From positions 23,064,001 through 23,128,000 of the forward strand of contig OZ059900.1 in assembly GCA_964057225.1 (NCBI GenBank): a stretch of DNA of 64,000 nt, given 5' to 3'. Positions 25,475-39,900 of the stretch are shown in pieces. Numbering within the stretch: position 1 is the stretch's first letter; each line of letters opens with the position of its first letter. This DNA comes from Auanema rhodensis. Taxonomy: Eukaryota; Animalia; Nematoda. Position numbers and translations under genes: made by a program. The notes beneath the pieces were generated by a model. That model was not told the DNA's origin and made no database searches. It saw only the letters and a program-made list of their open reading frames with translations.

Positions 25475-27402
25475 AGCTAGGTTTCATTGACTATGCATGA
25501 GTTTGAACACATGCAATCGTAAGTCAAAACTTTGTTTACAGCGAAATTTTCAAAAACTGGTTTTCCAGCATAATAAAATATTTCTCATGGGAAATACTGT
25601 GTTTTTGTATTTTTCTAGTGTTCAGCATGTAAAATGCTTCATTTTAGTATGTAACACGCTGAAATTCGTTGCATTTGACGACTCATATGAACAAAAATCG
25701 ATTTAATCAATATTAGCCATAAGGGGCGTGCCCTCAGAATATGCTAATTTCCTTAATTTTCTAACCCCTGTTTTTTTGTCGTGAAAGTGGAACTAGACGT
25801 TGTACGAACAATTTTGAGCTAGGTTTCATTGACATTGTATGAGTTTGAACACATGAAATCGTAAGTCAAAACCTTGTTTACAGCGAAATTTCCAAAAACT
25901 GGTTTTCCAGCTCAATAAAATATTTCTCATGGGAAATACTGTGTTTTTGTATTTTTCTAGTGTTTAGCATGTAAAATGCTTCATTTTAGTATGTAACACG
26001 CTGAAATTCGTTGCATTTGACGACTCATATGAACAAAAATCGATTTAATCAATATTAGCCATAAGGGGCGTGCCCTCAGAATATGCTAATTTCCTTAATT
26101 TTCTAACCCCTGTTTTTTTGTCGTGAAAGTGGAACTAGACGTTGTACGAACAATTTTGAGCTAGGTTTCATTGACATTGCATGAGTTTGAACACATGCAA
26201 TCGTAAGTCAAAACTTTGTTTACAGCGAAATTTTCAAACTGGTTTTCCAGCATAATAAAATATTTCTCATGGGAAATACTGTGTTTTTGTATTTTTCTAG
26301 TGTTCAGCATGTAAAATACTTCATTTTAGTATGTAACACGCTGAAATTCGTTGCACTTGACGACTCATATGAACAAAAATCGATTTAATCAATATTAGCC
26401 ATAAGGGGCGTGCCCTCAGAATATGCTAATTTCCTAAATTTTCTAACCCCTGTTTTTTTGTCGTGAAAGTGGAACTAGACGTTGTACGAACAATTTTGAG
26501 CTAGGTTTCATTGACATTGCATGAGTTTGAACACATGAAATCGTAAGTCATAACCTTGTTTACAGCGAAATTTCCAAAAACTGGTTTTCCAGCATAATAA
26601 AATATTTCTCATGGGAAATACTGTGTTTTTGTATTTTTCTAGTGTTCAGCATGTAAAATACTTCATTTTAGTATGTAACACGCTGAAATTCGTTGCATTT
26701 GACGACTTATATGAACAAAAATCGATTTAATCAATATTAGCCATAAGGGGCGTGCCCTCAGAATATGCTAATTTCCTAAATTTTCTAACCCCTGTTTTTT
26801 TGTCGTGAAAGTGGAATTAGACGTTGTAGGAACAATTTTGAGCTAGGTTTCATTGACATTGCATGAGTTTGAACACATGAAATCGTAAGTCAAAACCTTG
26901 TTTACAGCGAAAATTCCAAAAACTGGTTTCCAGCATAATAAAATATTTCTCATGGGAAATACTGTGTTTTTGTATTTTTCTAGTGTTCAGCATGTAAAAT
27001 GCTTCATTTAAGTATGTAACACGCTGAAATTCGTTGCATTTGACTACTCATATGAACAAAAATCGATTTAATCAATATTAGCCATAAGGGGCGTGCCCTC
27101 AGAATATGCTAATTTCCTTAATTTTTTAACCCCTGTTTTTTTGTCGTGAAAGTGGAACTAGACGTTGTACAAACAATTTTGAGCTAGGTTTCATTGACAT
27201 TGCATGAGTTTGAACACATGAAATCGTAAGTCAAAACCTTGTTTACAGCGAAATTTCCAAAAACTGGTTTTCCAGCATAATAAAATATTTCTCATGAGAA
27301 ATACTGTGTTTTTGTATTTTTCTAGTGTTCAGCATGTAAAATGCTTCATTTTAGTATGTAACACGCTGAAATTCGTTGCATTTGACGACTCATATGAACA
27401 AA

Positions 27403-30400
27403 AATCGATTTAATCAATATTAGCCATAAGGGGCGTGCCCTCAGAATATGCTAAAACTGGTTTTCCAGCATAATAAAATATTTCTCATGGGAAATACTGT
27501 GTTTTTGTATTTTTCTAGTGTTCAGCATGTAAAATGCTTCATTTTAGTATGTAACACGCTGAAATTCGTTGCATTTGACGACTCATATGAACAAAAATCG
27601 ATTTAATCAATATTAGCCATAAGGGGCGTGCCCTCAGAATATGCTAATTTCCTTAATTTTCTAACCCCTGTTTTTTTGTCGTGAAAGTGGAACTAGACGT
27701 TGTACGAACAATTTTGAGCTAGGTTTCATTGACATTGCATGAGTTTGAACACATGAAATCGTAAGTCAAAACCTTGTTTACAGCGAAATTTCCAAAAACT
27801 GGTTTTCCAGCATAATAAAATATTTCTCATGGGAAATACTGTGTTTTTGTATTTTTCTAGTGTTCAGCATGTAAAATGCTTCATTTTAGTATGTAACACG
27901 CTGAAATTCGTTGCATTTGACGACTCATATGAACAAAAATCGATTTAATCAATATTAGCCATAAGGGGCGTGCCCTCAGAATATGCTAAAACTGGTTTTC
28001 CAGCATAATAAAATATTTCTCATGGGAAATACTGTGTTTTTGTATTTTTCTAGTGTTCAGCATGTAAAATGCTTCATTTTAGTATGTAACACGCTGAAAT
28101 TCGTTGCATTTGACGACTCATATGAACAAAATTCGATTTAATCAATATTAGCCATAAGGGGCGTGCCCTCAGAATATGCTAATTTCCTTAATTTTCTAAC
28201 CCCTGTTTTTTTGTCGTGAAAGTGGAACTAGACGTTGTACGAACAATTTTGAGCTAGGTTTCATTGACATTGCATGAGTTTGAACACATGAAATCGTAAG
28301 TCAAAACCTTGTTTACAGCGAAATTTCCAAAAACTGGTTTTCCAGCTCAATAAAATATTTCTCATGGGAAATACTGTGTTTTTGTATTTTTCTAGTGTTC
28401 AGCATGTAAAATGCTTCATTTTAGTATGTAACACGCTGAAATTCGTTGCATTTGACGACTCATATGAACAAAAATCGATTTAATCAATATTAGCCATAAG
28501 GGGCGTGCCCTCAGAATATGCTAATTTCCTTAATTTTCTAACCCCTGTTTTTTTGTCGTGAAAGTGGAATTAGACGTTGTACGAACAATTTTGAGCTAGG
28601 TTTCATTGACATTGCATGAGTTTGAACACATGAAATCGTAAGTCAAAACCTTGTTTACAGCGAAATTTCCAAAAACTGGTTTTCCAGCATAATAAAATAT
28701 TTCTCATGGGAAATACTGTGTTTTTGTATTTTTCTAGTTTTCAGCATGTAAAATGCTTCATTTGAGTATGTAACACGCTGAAATTCGTTGCATTTGACGA
28801 CTCATATGAACAAAAATCGATTTAATCAATATTAGCCATAAGGGGCGTGCCCTCAGAATATGCTAATTTCCTTAATTTTCTAACCCCTGTTTTTTTGTCG
28901 TGAAAGTGGAACTAGACGTTGTACGAACAATTTTGAGCTAGGTTTCATTGACATTGCATGAGTTTGAACACATGAAATCGTAAGTCAAAACCTTGTTTAC
29001 AGCGAAATTTCCAAAAACTGGTTTTCCAGCTCAATAAAATATTTCTCATGGGAAATACTGTGTTTTTGTATTTTTCTAGTGTTCAGCATGTAAAATGCTT
29101 CATTTTAGTATGTAACACGCTGAAATTCGTTGCATTTGACGACTCATATGAACAAAAATCGATTTAATCAATATTAGCCATAAGGGGCGTGCCCTCAGAA
29201 TATGCTAAAACTGGTTTTCCAGCATAATAAAATATTTCTCATGGGAAATACTGTGTTTTTGTATTTTTCTAGTGTTCAGCATGTAAAATGCTTCATTTTA
29301 GTATGTAACACGCTGAAATTCGTTGCATTTGACGACTCATATGAACAAAAATCGATTTAATCAATATTAGCCATAAGGGGCGTGCCCTCAGAATATGCTA
29401 ATTTCCTTAATTTTCTAACCCCTGTTTTTTTGTCGTGAAAGTGGAACTAGACGTTGTACGAACAATTTTGAGCTAGGTTTCATTGACATTGCATGAGTTT
29501 GAACACATGAAATCGTAAGTCAAAACCTTGTTTACAGCGAAATTTCCAAAAACTGGTTTTCCAGCTCAATAAAATATTTCTCATGGGAAATACTGTGTTT
29601 TTGTATTTTTCTAGTGTTCAGCATGTAAAATGCTTCATTTTAGTATGTAACACGCTGAAATTCGTTGCATTTGACGACTCATATGAACAAAAATCGATTT
29701 AATCAATATTAGCCATAAGGGGCGTGCCCTCAGAATATGCTAATTTCCTTAATTTTCTAACCCCTGTTTTTTTGTCGTGAAAGTGGAACTAGACGTTGTA
29801 CGAACAATTTTGAGCTAGGTTTCATTGACATTGCATGAGTTTGAACACATGAAATCGTAAGTCAAAACCTTGTTTACAGCGAAATTTCCAAAAACTGGTT
29901 TTCCAGCATAATAAAATATTTCTCATGGGAAATACTGTGTTTTTGTATTTTTCTAGTGTTCAGCATGTAAAATGCTTCATTTTAGTATGTAACACGCTGA
30001 AATTCGTTGCATTTGACGACTCATATGAACAAAAATCGATTTAATCAATATTAGCCATAAGGGGCGTGCCCTCAGAATATGCTAATTTCCTTAATTTTCT
30101 AACCCCTGTTTTTTTGTCGTGAAAGTGGAACTAGACGTTGTACGAACAATTTTGAGCTAGGTTTCATTGACATTGCATGAGTTTGAACACATGAAATCGT
30201 AAGTCAAAACCTTGTTTACAGCGAAATTTCCAAAAACTGGTTTTCCAGCATAATAAAATATTTCTCATGGGAAATACTGTGTTTTTGTATTTTTCTAGTT
30301 TTCAGCATGTAAAATGCTTCATTTGAGTATGTAACACGCTGAAATTCGTTGCATTTGACGACTCATATGAACAAAAATCGATTTAATCAATATTAGCCAT

Positions 30401-30910
30401 AAGGGGCGTGCCCTCAGAATATGCTAATTTCCTTAATTTTCTAACCCCTGTTTTTTTGTCGTGAAAGTGGAACTAGACGTTGTACGAACAATTTTGAGCT
30501 AGGTTTCATTGACATTGCATGAGTTTGAACACATGAAATCGTAAGTCAAAACCTTGTTTACAGCGAAATTTCCAAAAACTGGTTTTCCAGCTCAATAAAA
30601 TATTTCTCATGGGAAATACTGTGTTTTTGTATTTTTCTAGTGTTCAGCATGTAAAATGCTTCATTTTAGTATGTAACACGCTGAAATTCGTTGCATTTGA
30701 CGACTCATATGAACAAAAATCGATTTAATCAATATTAGCCATAAGGGGCGTGCCCTCAGAATATGCTAAAACTGGTTTTCCAGCATAATAAAATATTTCT
30801 CATGGGAAATACTGTGTTTTTGTATTTTTCTAGTGTTCAGCATGTAAAATGCTTCATTTTAGTATGTAACACGCTGAAATTCGTTGCATTTGACGACTCA
30901 TATGAACAAA
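27403..30910 (-). repeat. Mirror copy of the four 193-bp deleted monomers
   Basis: Junction agaatatgct|aaaactgg at about 27453, 27988, 29207 and 30768, each equal to 40828 minus the left-arm position. Confidence 0.95.
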
Positions 30911-33900
30911 AATCGATTTAATCAATATTAGCCATGAGGGGCGTGCCCTCAGAATATGCTAATTTCCTTAATTTTCTAACCCCTGTTTTTTTGTCGTGAA
31001 AGTGGAACTAGACGTTGTACGAACAATTTTGAGCTAGGTTTCATTGACATTGCATGAGTTTGAACACATGAAATCGTAAGTCAAAACCTTGTTTACAGCG
31101 AAATTTCCAAAAACTGGTTTTCCAGCTCAATAAAATATTTCTCATGGGAAATACTGTGTTTTTGTATTTTTCTAGTGTTCAGCATGTAAAATGCTTCATT
31201 TTAGTATGTAACACGCTGAAATTCGTTGCATTTGACGACTCATATGAACAAAAATCGATTTAATCAATATTAGCCATAAGGGGCGTGCCCTCAGAATATG
31301 CTAATTTCCTTAATTTTCTAACCCCTGTTTTTTTGTCGTGAAAGTGGAACTAGACGTTGTACGAACAATTTTGAGCTAGGTTTCATTGACATTGCATGAG
31401 TTTGAACACATGCAATCGTAAGTCAAAACTTTGTTTACAGCGAAATTTTCAAAAACTGGTTTTCCAGCATAATAAAATATTTCTCATGAGAAATACTGTG
31501 TTTTTGTATTTTTCTAGTGTTCAGCATGTAAAATGCTTCATTTTAGTATGTAACACGCTGAAATTCGTTGCATTTGACGACTCATATGAACAAAAATCGA
31601 TTTAATCAATATTAGCCATAAGGGGCGTGCCTCAGAATAAGCTAATTTCCTTAATTTTCTAACCCCTATTTTTTTGTCGTGAAAGTGGAACTAGACGTTG
31701 TACGAACAATTTTGAGCTAGGTTTCATTGACATTGCATGAGTTTGAACACATGAAATCGTAAGTCAAAACCTTGTTTACAGCGAAATTTCCAAAAACTGG
31801 TTTTCCAGCATAATAAAATATTTCTCATGGGAAATACTGTGTTTTTGTATTTTTCTAGTGTTCAGCATGTAAAATGCTTCATTTTAGTATGTAACACGCT
31901 GAAATTCGTTGCATTTGACGACTCATATGAACAAAAATCGATTTAATCAATATTAGCCATAAGGGGCGTGCCCTCAGAATATGCTAATTTCCTTAATTTT
32001 CTAACCCTTGTTTTTTTGTCGTGAAAGTGGAACTAGACGTTGTACGAACAATTTTGAGCTAGGTTTCATTGACATTGCATGAGTTTGAACACATGAAATC
32101 GTAAGTCAAAGCCTTGTTTACAGCGAAATTTCCAAAAACTGGTTTTCCAGCATAATAAAATATTTCTCATGGGAAATACTGTGTTTTTGTATTTTTCTAG
32201 TGTTCAGCATGTAAAATGCTTCATTTGAGTATGTAACACGCTGAAATTCGTTGCATTTGACGACTCATATGAACAAAAATCGATTTAATCAATATTAGCC
32301 ATAAGGGGCGTGCCCTCAGAATATGCTAATTTCCTTAATTTTCTAACCCCTGTTTTTTTGTCGTGAAAGTGGAACTAGACGTTGTACGAACAATTTTGAG
32401 CTAGGTTTCATTGACATTGCATGAGTTTGAACACATGAAATCGTAAGTCAAAACCTTGTTTACAGCGAAATTTCCAAAAACTGGTTTTCCAGCTCAATAA
32501 AATATTTCTCATGGGAAATACTGTGTTTTTGTATTTTTCTAGTGTTCAGCATGTAAAATGCTTCATTTTAGTATGTAACACGCTGAAATTCGTTGCATTT
32601 GACGACTCATATGAACAAAAATCGATTTAATCAATATTAGCCATAAGGGGCGTGCCCTCAGAATATGCTAATTTCCTTAATTTTCTAACCCCTGTTTTTT
32701 TGTCGTGAAAGTGGAACTAGACGTTGTACGAACAATTTTGAGCTAGGTTTCATTGACATTGCATGAGTTTGAACACATGCAATCGTAAGTCAAAACTTTG
32801 TTTACAGCGAAATTTTCAAAAACTGGTTTTCCAGCATAATAAAATATTTCTCATGGGAAATACTGTGTTTTTGTATTTTTCTAGTGTTCAGCATGTAAAA
32901 TGCTTCATTTTAGTATGTAACACGCTGAAATTCGTTGCATTTGACGACTCATATGAACAAAAATCGATTTAATCAATATTAGCCATAAGGGGCGTGCCTC
33001 AGAATAAGCTAATTTCCTTAATTTTCTAACCCCTGTTTTTTTGTCGTGAAAGTGGAACTAGACGTTGTACGAACAATTTTGAGCTAGGTTTCATTGACAT
33101 TGCATGAGTTTGAACACATGAAATCGTAAGTCAAAACCTTGTTTACAGCGAAATTTCCAAAAACTGGTTTTCCAGCATAATAAAATATTTCTCATGGGAA
33201 ATACTGTGTTTTTGTATTTTTCTAGTGTTCAGCATGTAAAATGCTTCATTTTAGTATGTAACACGCTGAAATTCCTTGCATTTGACGACTCATATGAACA
33301 AAAATCGATTTAATCAATATTAGCCATAAGGGGCGTGCCCTCAGAATATGCTAATTTCCTTAATTTTCTAACCCTTGTTTTTTTGTCGTGAAAGTGGAAC
33401 TAGACGTTGTACAAACAATTTTGAGCTAGGTTTCATTGACATTGCATGAGTTTGAACACATGAAATCGTAAGTCAAAACCTTGTTTACAGCGAAATTTCC
33501 AAAAACTGGTTTTCCAGCATAATAAAATATTTCTCATGAGAAATACTGTGTTTTTGTATTTTTCTAGTGTTCAGCATGTAAAATGCTTCATTTTAGTATG
33601 TAACACGCTGAAATTCGTTGCATTTGACGACTCATATGAACAAAAATCGATTTAATCAATATTAGCCATAAGGGGCGTGCCCTCAGAATATGCTAATTTC
33701 CTTAATTTTCTAACCCCTGTTTTTTTGTCGTGAAAGTGGAACTAGACGTTGTACGAACAATTTTGAGCTAGGTTTCATTGACATTGCATGAGTTTGAACA
33801 CATGAAATCGTAAGTCAAAACCTTGTTTACAGCGAAATTTCCAAAAACTGGTTTTCCAGCATAATAAAATATTTCTCATAGGAAATACTGTGTTTTTGTA

Positions 33901-36900
33901 TTTTTCTAGTGTTCAGCATGTAAAATGCTTCATTTTAGTATGTAACACGCTGAAATTCGTTGCATTTGACGACTCATATGAACAAAAATCGATTTAATCA
34001 ATATTAGCCATAAGGGGCGTGCCCTCAGAATATGCTAATTTCCTTAATTTTCTAACCCCTGTTTTTTTGTCGTGAAAGTGGAACTAGACGTTGTACGAAC
34101 AATTTTGAGCCAAGTTTCATTGACATTGCATGAGTTTGAACACATGAAATCGTAAGTCAAAACCTTGTTTACAGCGAAATTTCCAAAAACTGGTTTTCCA
34201 GCATAATAAAATATTTCTCATGGGAAATACTGTGTTTTTGTATTTTTCTAGTGTTCAGCATGTAAAATGCTTCATTTTAGTATGTAACACGCTGAAATTC
34301 GTTGCATTTGACGACTCATATGAACAAAAATCGATTTAATCAATATTAGCCATAAGGGGCGTGCCCTCAGAATATGCTAATTTCCTTAATTTTCTAACCC
34401 CTGTTTTTTTGTCGTGAAAGTGGAACTAGACGTTGTACGAACAATTTTGAGCTAGGTTTCATTGACATTGCATGAGTTTGAACACATGAAATCGTAAGTC
34501 AAAACCTTGTTTACAGCGAAATTTCCAAAAACTGGTTTTCCAGCTCAATAAAATATTTCTCATGGGAAATACTGTGTTTTTGTATTTTTCTAGTGTTCAG
34601 CATGTAAAATGCTTCATTTTAGTATGTAACACGCTGAAATTCGTTGCATTTGACGACTCATATGAACAAAAATCGATTTAATCAATATTAGCCATAAGGG
34701 GCGTGCCCTCAGAATATGCTAATTTCCTTAATTTTCTAACCCCTGTTTTTTTGTCGTGAAAGTGGAACTAGACGTTGTACGAACAATTTTGAGCTAGGTT
34801 TCATTGACATTGCATGAGTTTGAACACATGCAATCGTAAGTCAAAACTTTGTTTACAGCGAAATTTTCAAAAACTGGTTTTCCAGCATAATAAAATATTT
34901 CTCATGGGAAATACTGTGTTTTTGTATTTTTCTAGTGTTCAGCATGTAAAATGCTTCATTTTAGTATGTAACACGCTGAAATTCGTTGCATTTGACGACT
35001 CATATGAACAAAAATCGATTTAATCAATATTAGCCATAAGGGGCGTGCCTCAGAATAAGCTAATTTCCTTAATTTTCTAACCCCTGTTTTTTTGTCGTGA
35101 AAGTGGAACTAGACGTTGTACGAACAATTTTGAGCTAGGTTTCATTGACATTGCATGAGTTTGAACACATGAAATCGTAAGTCAAAACCTTGTTTACAGC
35201 GAAATTTCCAAAAACTGGTTTTCCAGCATAATAAAATATTTCTCATGGGAAATACTGTGTTTTTGTATTTTTCTAGTGTTCAGCATGTAAAATGCTTCAT
35301 TTTAGTATGTAACACGCTGAAATTCCTTGCATTTGACGACTCATATGAACAAAAATCGATTTAATCAATATTAGCCATAAGGGGCGTGCCCTCAGAATAT
35401 GCTAATTTCCTTAATTTTCTAACCCTTGTTTTTTTGTCGTGAAAGTGGAACTAGACGTTGTACAAACAATTTTGAGCTAGGTTTCATTGACATTGCATGA
35501 GTTTGAACACATGAAATCGTAAGTCAAAACCTTGTTTACAGCGAAATTTCCAAAAACTGGTTTTCCAGCATAATAAAATATTTCTCATGAGAAATACTGT
35601 GTTTTTGTATTTTTCTAGTGTTCAGCATGTAAAATGCTTCATTTTAGTATGTAACACGCTGAAATTCGTTGCATTTGACGACTCATATGAACAAAAATCG
35701 ATTTAATCAATATTAGCCATAAGGGGCGTGCCCTCAGAATATGCTAATTTCCTTAATTTTCTAACCCCTGTTTTTTTGTCGTGAAAGTGGAACTAGACGT
35801 TGTACGAACAATTTTGAGCTAGGTTTCATTGACATTGCATGAGTTTGAACACATGAAATCGTAAGTCAAAACCTTGTTTACAGCGAAATTTCCAAAAACT
35901 GGTTTTCCAGCATAATAAAATATTTCTCATAGGAAATACTGTGTTTTTGTATTTTTCTAGTGTTCAGCATGTAAAATGCTTCATTTTAGTATGTAACACG
36001 CTGAAATTCGTTGCATTTGACGACTCATATGAACAAAAATCGATTTAATCAATATTAGCCATAAGGGGCGTGCCCTCAGAATATGCTAATTTCCTTAATT
36101 TTCTAACCCCTGTTTTTTTGTCGTGAAAGTGGAACTAGACGTTGTACGAACAATTTTGAGCCAAGTTTCATTGACATTGCATGAGTTTGAACACATGAAA
36201 TCGTAAGTCAAAACCTTGTTTACAGCGAAATTTCCAAAAACTGGTTTTCCAGCATAATAAAATATTTCTCATGGGAAATACTGTGTTTTTGTATTTTTCT
36301 AGTGTTCAGCATGTAAAATGCTTCATTTTAGTATGTAACACGCTGAAATTCGTTGCATTTGACGACTCATATGAACAAAAATCGATTTAATCAATATTAG
36401 CCATAAGGGGCGTGCCCTCAGAATATGCTAATTTCCTTAATTTTCTAACCCCTGTTTTTTTGTCGTGAAAGTGGAACTAGACGTTGTACGAACAATTTTG
36501 AGCTAGGTTTCATTGACATTGCATGAGTTTGAACACATGAAATCGTAAGTCAAAACCTTGTTTACAGCGAAATTTCCAAAAACTGGTTTTCCAGCATAAT
36601 AAAATATTTCTCATGGGAAATACTGTGTTTTTGTATTTTTCTAGTGTTCAGCATGTAAAATGCTTCATTTTAGTATGTAACACGCTGAAATTCGTTGCAT
36701 TTGACGACTCATATGAACAAAAATCGATTTAATCAATATTAGCCATAAGGGGCGTGCCCTCAGAATATGCTAATTTCCTTAATTTTCTAACCCCTGTTTT
36801 TTTGTCGTGAAAGTGGAACTAGACGTTGTACGAACAATTTTGAGCTAGGTTTCATTGACATTGCATGAGTTTGAACACATGAAATCGTAAGTCAAAACCT

Positions 36901-39900
36901 TGTTTACAGCGAAATTTCCAAAAACTGGTTTTCCAGCATAATAAAATATTTCTCATGGGAAATACTGTGTTTTTGTATTCTTTTAGTGTTCAGCATGTAA
37001 AATGCTTCATGTTAGTATGTAACACGCTGAAATTCGTTGCATTTGACGACTCATATGAACAAAAATCGATTTAATCAATATTAGCCATAAGGGGCGTGCC
37101 CTCAGAATATGCTAATTTCCTTAATTTTCTAACCCCTGTTTTTTTGTCGTGAAAGTGGAACTAGACGTTGTACGAACAATTTTGAGCTAGGTTTCATTGA
37201 CATTGCATGAGTTTGAACACATGAAATCGTAAGTCAAAACCTTGTTTACAGCGAAATTTCCAAAAACTGGTTTTCCAGCATAATAAAATATTTCTCATAG
37301 GAAATACTGTGTTTTTGTATTTTTTTAGTGTTCAGCATGTTAAATGCTTCATTTTAGTATGTAACACGCTGAAATTCGTTGCATTTGACGACTCATATGA
37401 ACAAAAATCGATTTAATCAATATTAGCCATAAGGGGCGTGCCCTCAGAATATGCTAATTTCCTTAATTTTCTAACCCCTGTTTTTTTGTCGTGAAAGTGG
37501 AACTAGACGTTGTACGAACAATTTTGAGCTAGGTTTCATTGACATTGCATGAGTTTGAACACATGAAATCGTAAGTCAAAACCTTGTTTACAGCGAAATT
37601 TCCAAAAACTGGTTTTCCAGCATAATAAAATATTTCTCATGGGAAATACTGTGTTTTTGTATTTTTCTAGTGTTCAGCATGTAAAATGCTTCATTTTAGT
37701 ATGTAACACGCTGAAATTCGTTGCATTTGACGACTCATATGAACAAAAATCGATTTAATCAATATTAGCCATAAGGGGCGTGCCCTCAGAATATGCTAAT
37801 TTCCTTAATTTTCTAACCCTTGTTTTTTTGTCGTGAAAGTGGAACTAGACGTTGTACGAACAATTTTGAGCTAGGTTCCATTGACATTGCATGAGTTTGA
37901 ACACATGAAATCGTAAGTCAAAACCTTGTTTACAGCGAAATTTCCAAAAACTGGTTTTCCAGCATAATAAATAATTTCTCATGGGAAATACTGTGTTTTT
38001 GTATTTTTCTAGTGTTCAGCATGTAAAATGCTTCATTTTAGTATGTAACACGCTGAAATTCGTTGCATTTGACGACTCATATGAACAAAAAATCGATTTA
38101 ATCAATATTAGCCATAAGGGGCGTGCCCTCAGAATATGCTAATTTCCTTAATTTTCTAACCCCTGTTTTTTTGTCGTGAAAGTGGAACTAGACGTTGTAC
38201 AAACAATTTTGAGCTAGGTTTCATTGACATTGCATGAGTTTGAACACATGAAATCGTAAGTCAAAACCTTGTTTACAGCGAAATTTCCAAAAACTGGTTT
38301 TCCAGCATAATAAAATATTTCTCATGAGAAATACTGTGTTTTTGTATTTTTCTAGTGTTCAGCATGTTAAATGCTTCATTTTAGTATGTAACACGCTGAA
38401 ATTCGTTGCATTTGACGACTCATATGAACAAAAATCGATTTAATCAATATTAGCCATAAGGGGCGTGCCCTCAGAATATGCTAATTTCCTTAATTTTCTA
38501 ACCCCTGTTTTTTTGTCGTGAAAGTGGAACTAGACGTTGTACGAACAATTTTGAGCTAGGTTTCATTGACATTGCATGAGTTTGAACACATGAAATCGTA
38601 AGTCAAAACCTTGTTTACAGCGAAATTTCCAAAAACTGGTTTTCCAGCATAATAAAATATTTCTCATAGGAAATACTGTGTTTTTGTATTTTTCTAGTGT
38701 TCAGCATGTAAAATGCTTCATTTTAGTATGTAACACGCTGAAATTCGTTGCATTTGACGACTCATATGAACAAAAATCGATTTAATCAATATTAGCCATA
38801 AGGGGCGTGCCCTCAGAATATGCTAATTTCCTTAATTTTCTAACCCCTGTTTTTTTGTCGTGAAAGTGGAACTAGACGTTGTACGAACAATTTTGAGCTA
38901 GGTTTCATTGACATTGCATGAGTTTGAACACATGAAATCGTAAGTCAAAACCTTGTTTACAGCGAAATTTCCAAAAACTGGTTTTCCAGCATAATAAAAT
39001 ATTTCTCATGGGAAATACTGTGTTTTTGTATTTTTCTAGTGTTCAGCATGTAAAATGCTTCATTTTAGTATGTAACACGCTGAAATTCGTTGCATTTGAC
39101 GACTCATATGAACAAAAATCGATTTAATCAATATTAGCCATAAGGGGCGTGCCCTCAGAATATGCTAATTTCCTTAATTTTCTAACCCTTGTTTTTTTGT
39201 CGTGAAAGTGGAACTAGACGTTGTACGAACAATTTTGAGCTAGGTTTCATTGATATTGCATGAGTTTGAACACATGAAATCGTAAGTCAAAACCTTGTTT
39301 ACAGCGAAATTTCCAAAAACTGGTTTTCCAGCATAATAAATAATTTCTCATGGGAAATACTGTGTTTTTGTATTTTTCTAGTGTTCAGCATGTAAAATGC
39401 TTCATTTTAGTATGTAACACGCTGAAATTCGTTGCATTTGACGACTCATATGAACAAAAAATCGATTTAATCAATATTAGCCATAAGGGGCGTGCCCTCA
39501 GAATATGCTAATTTCCTTAATTTTCTAACCCCTGTTTTTTTGTCGTGAAAGTGGAACTAGACGTTGTACAAACAATTTTGAGCTAGGTTTCATTGACATT
39601 GCATGAGTTTGAACACATGAAATCGTAAGTCAAAACCTTGTTTACAGCGAAATTTCCAAAAACTGGTTTTCCAGCATAATAAAATATTTCTCATGAGAAA
39701 TACTGTGTTTTTGTATTTTTCTAGTGTTCAGCATGTTAAATGCTTCATTTTAGTATGTAACACGCTGAAATTCGTTGCATTTGACGACTCATATGAACAA
39801 AAATCGATTTAATCAATATTAGCCATAAGGGGCGTGCCCTCAGAATATGCTAATTTCCTTAATTTTCTAACCCCTGTTTTTTTGTCGTGAAAGTGGAACT

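Noticed and set aside
5805-35023. Eight copies of a 69-aa ORF (MSLNTCNRKS...)
   Set aside because: The ORF exists only in the minority haplotype where codon 6 TGA became TGC. Most monomers have the stop, and another copy of the haplotype (~14592 and mirror) is frameshifted. It has no recognisable domain and is a chance ORF in satellite DNA, useful only as a symmetry marker.
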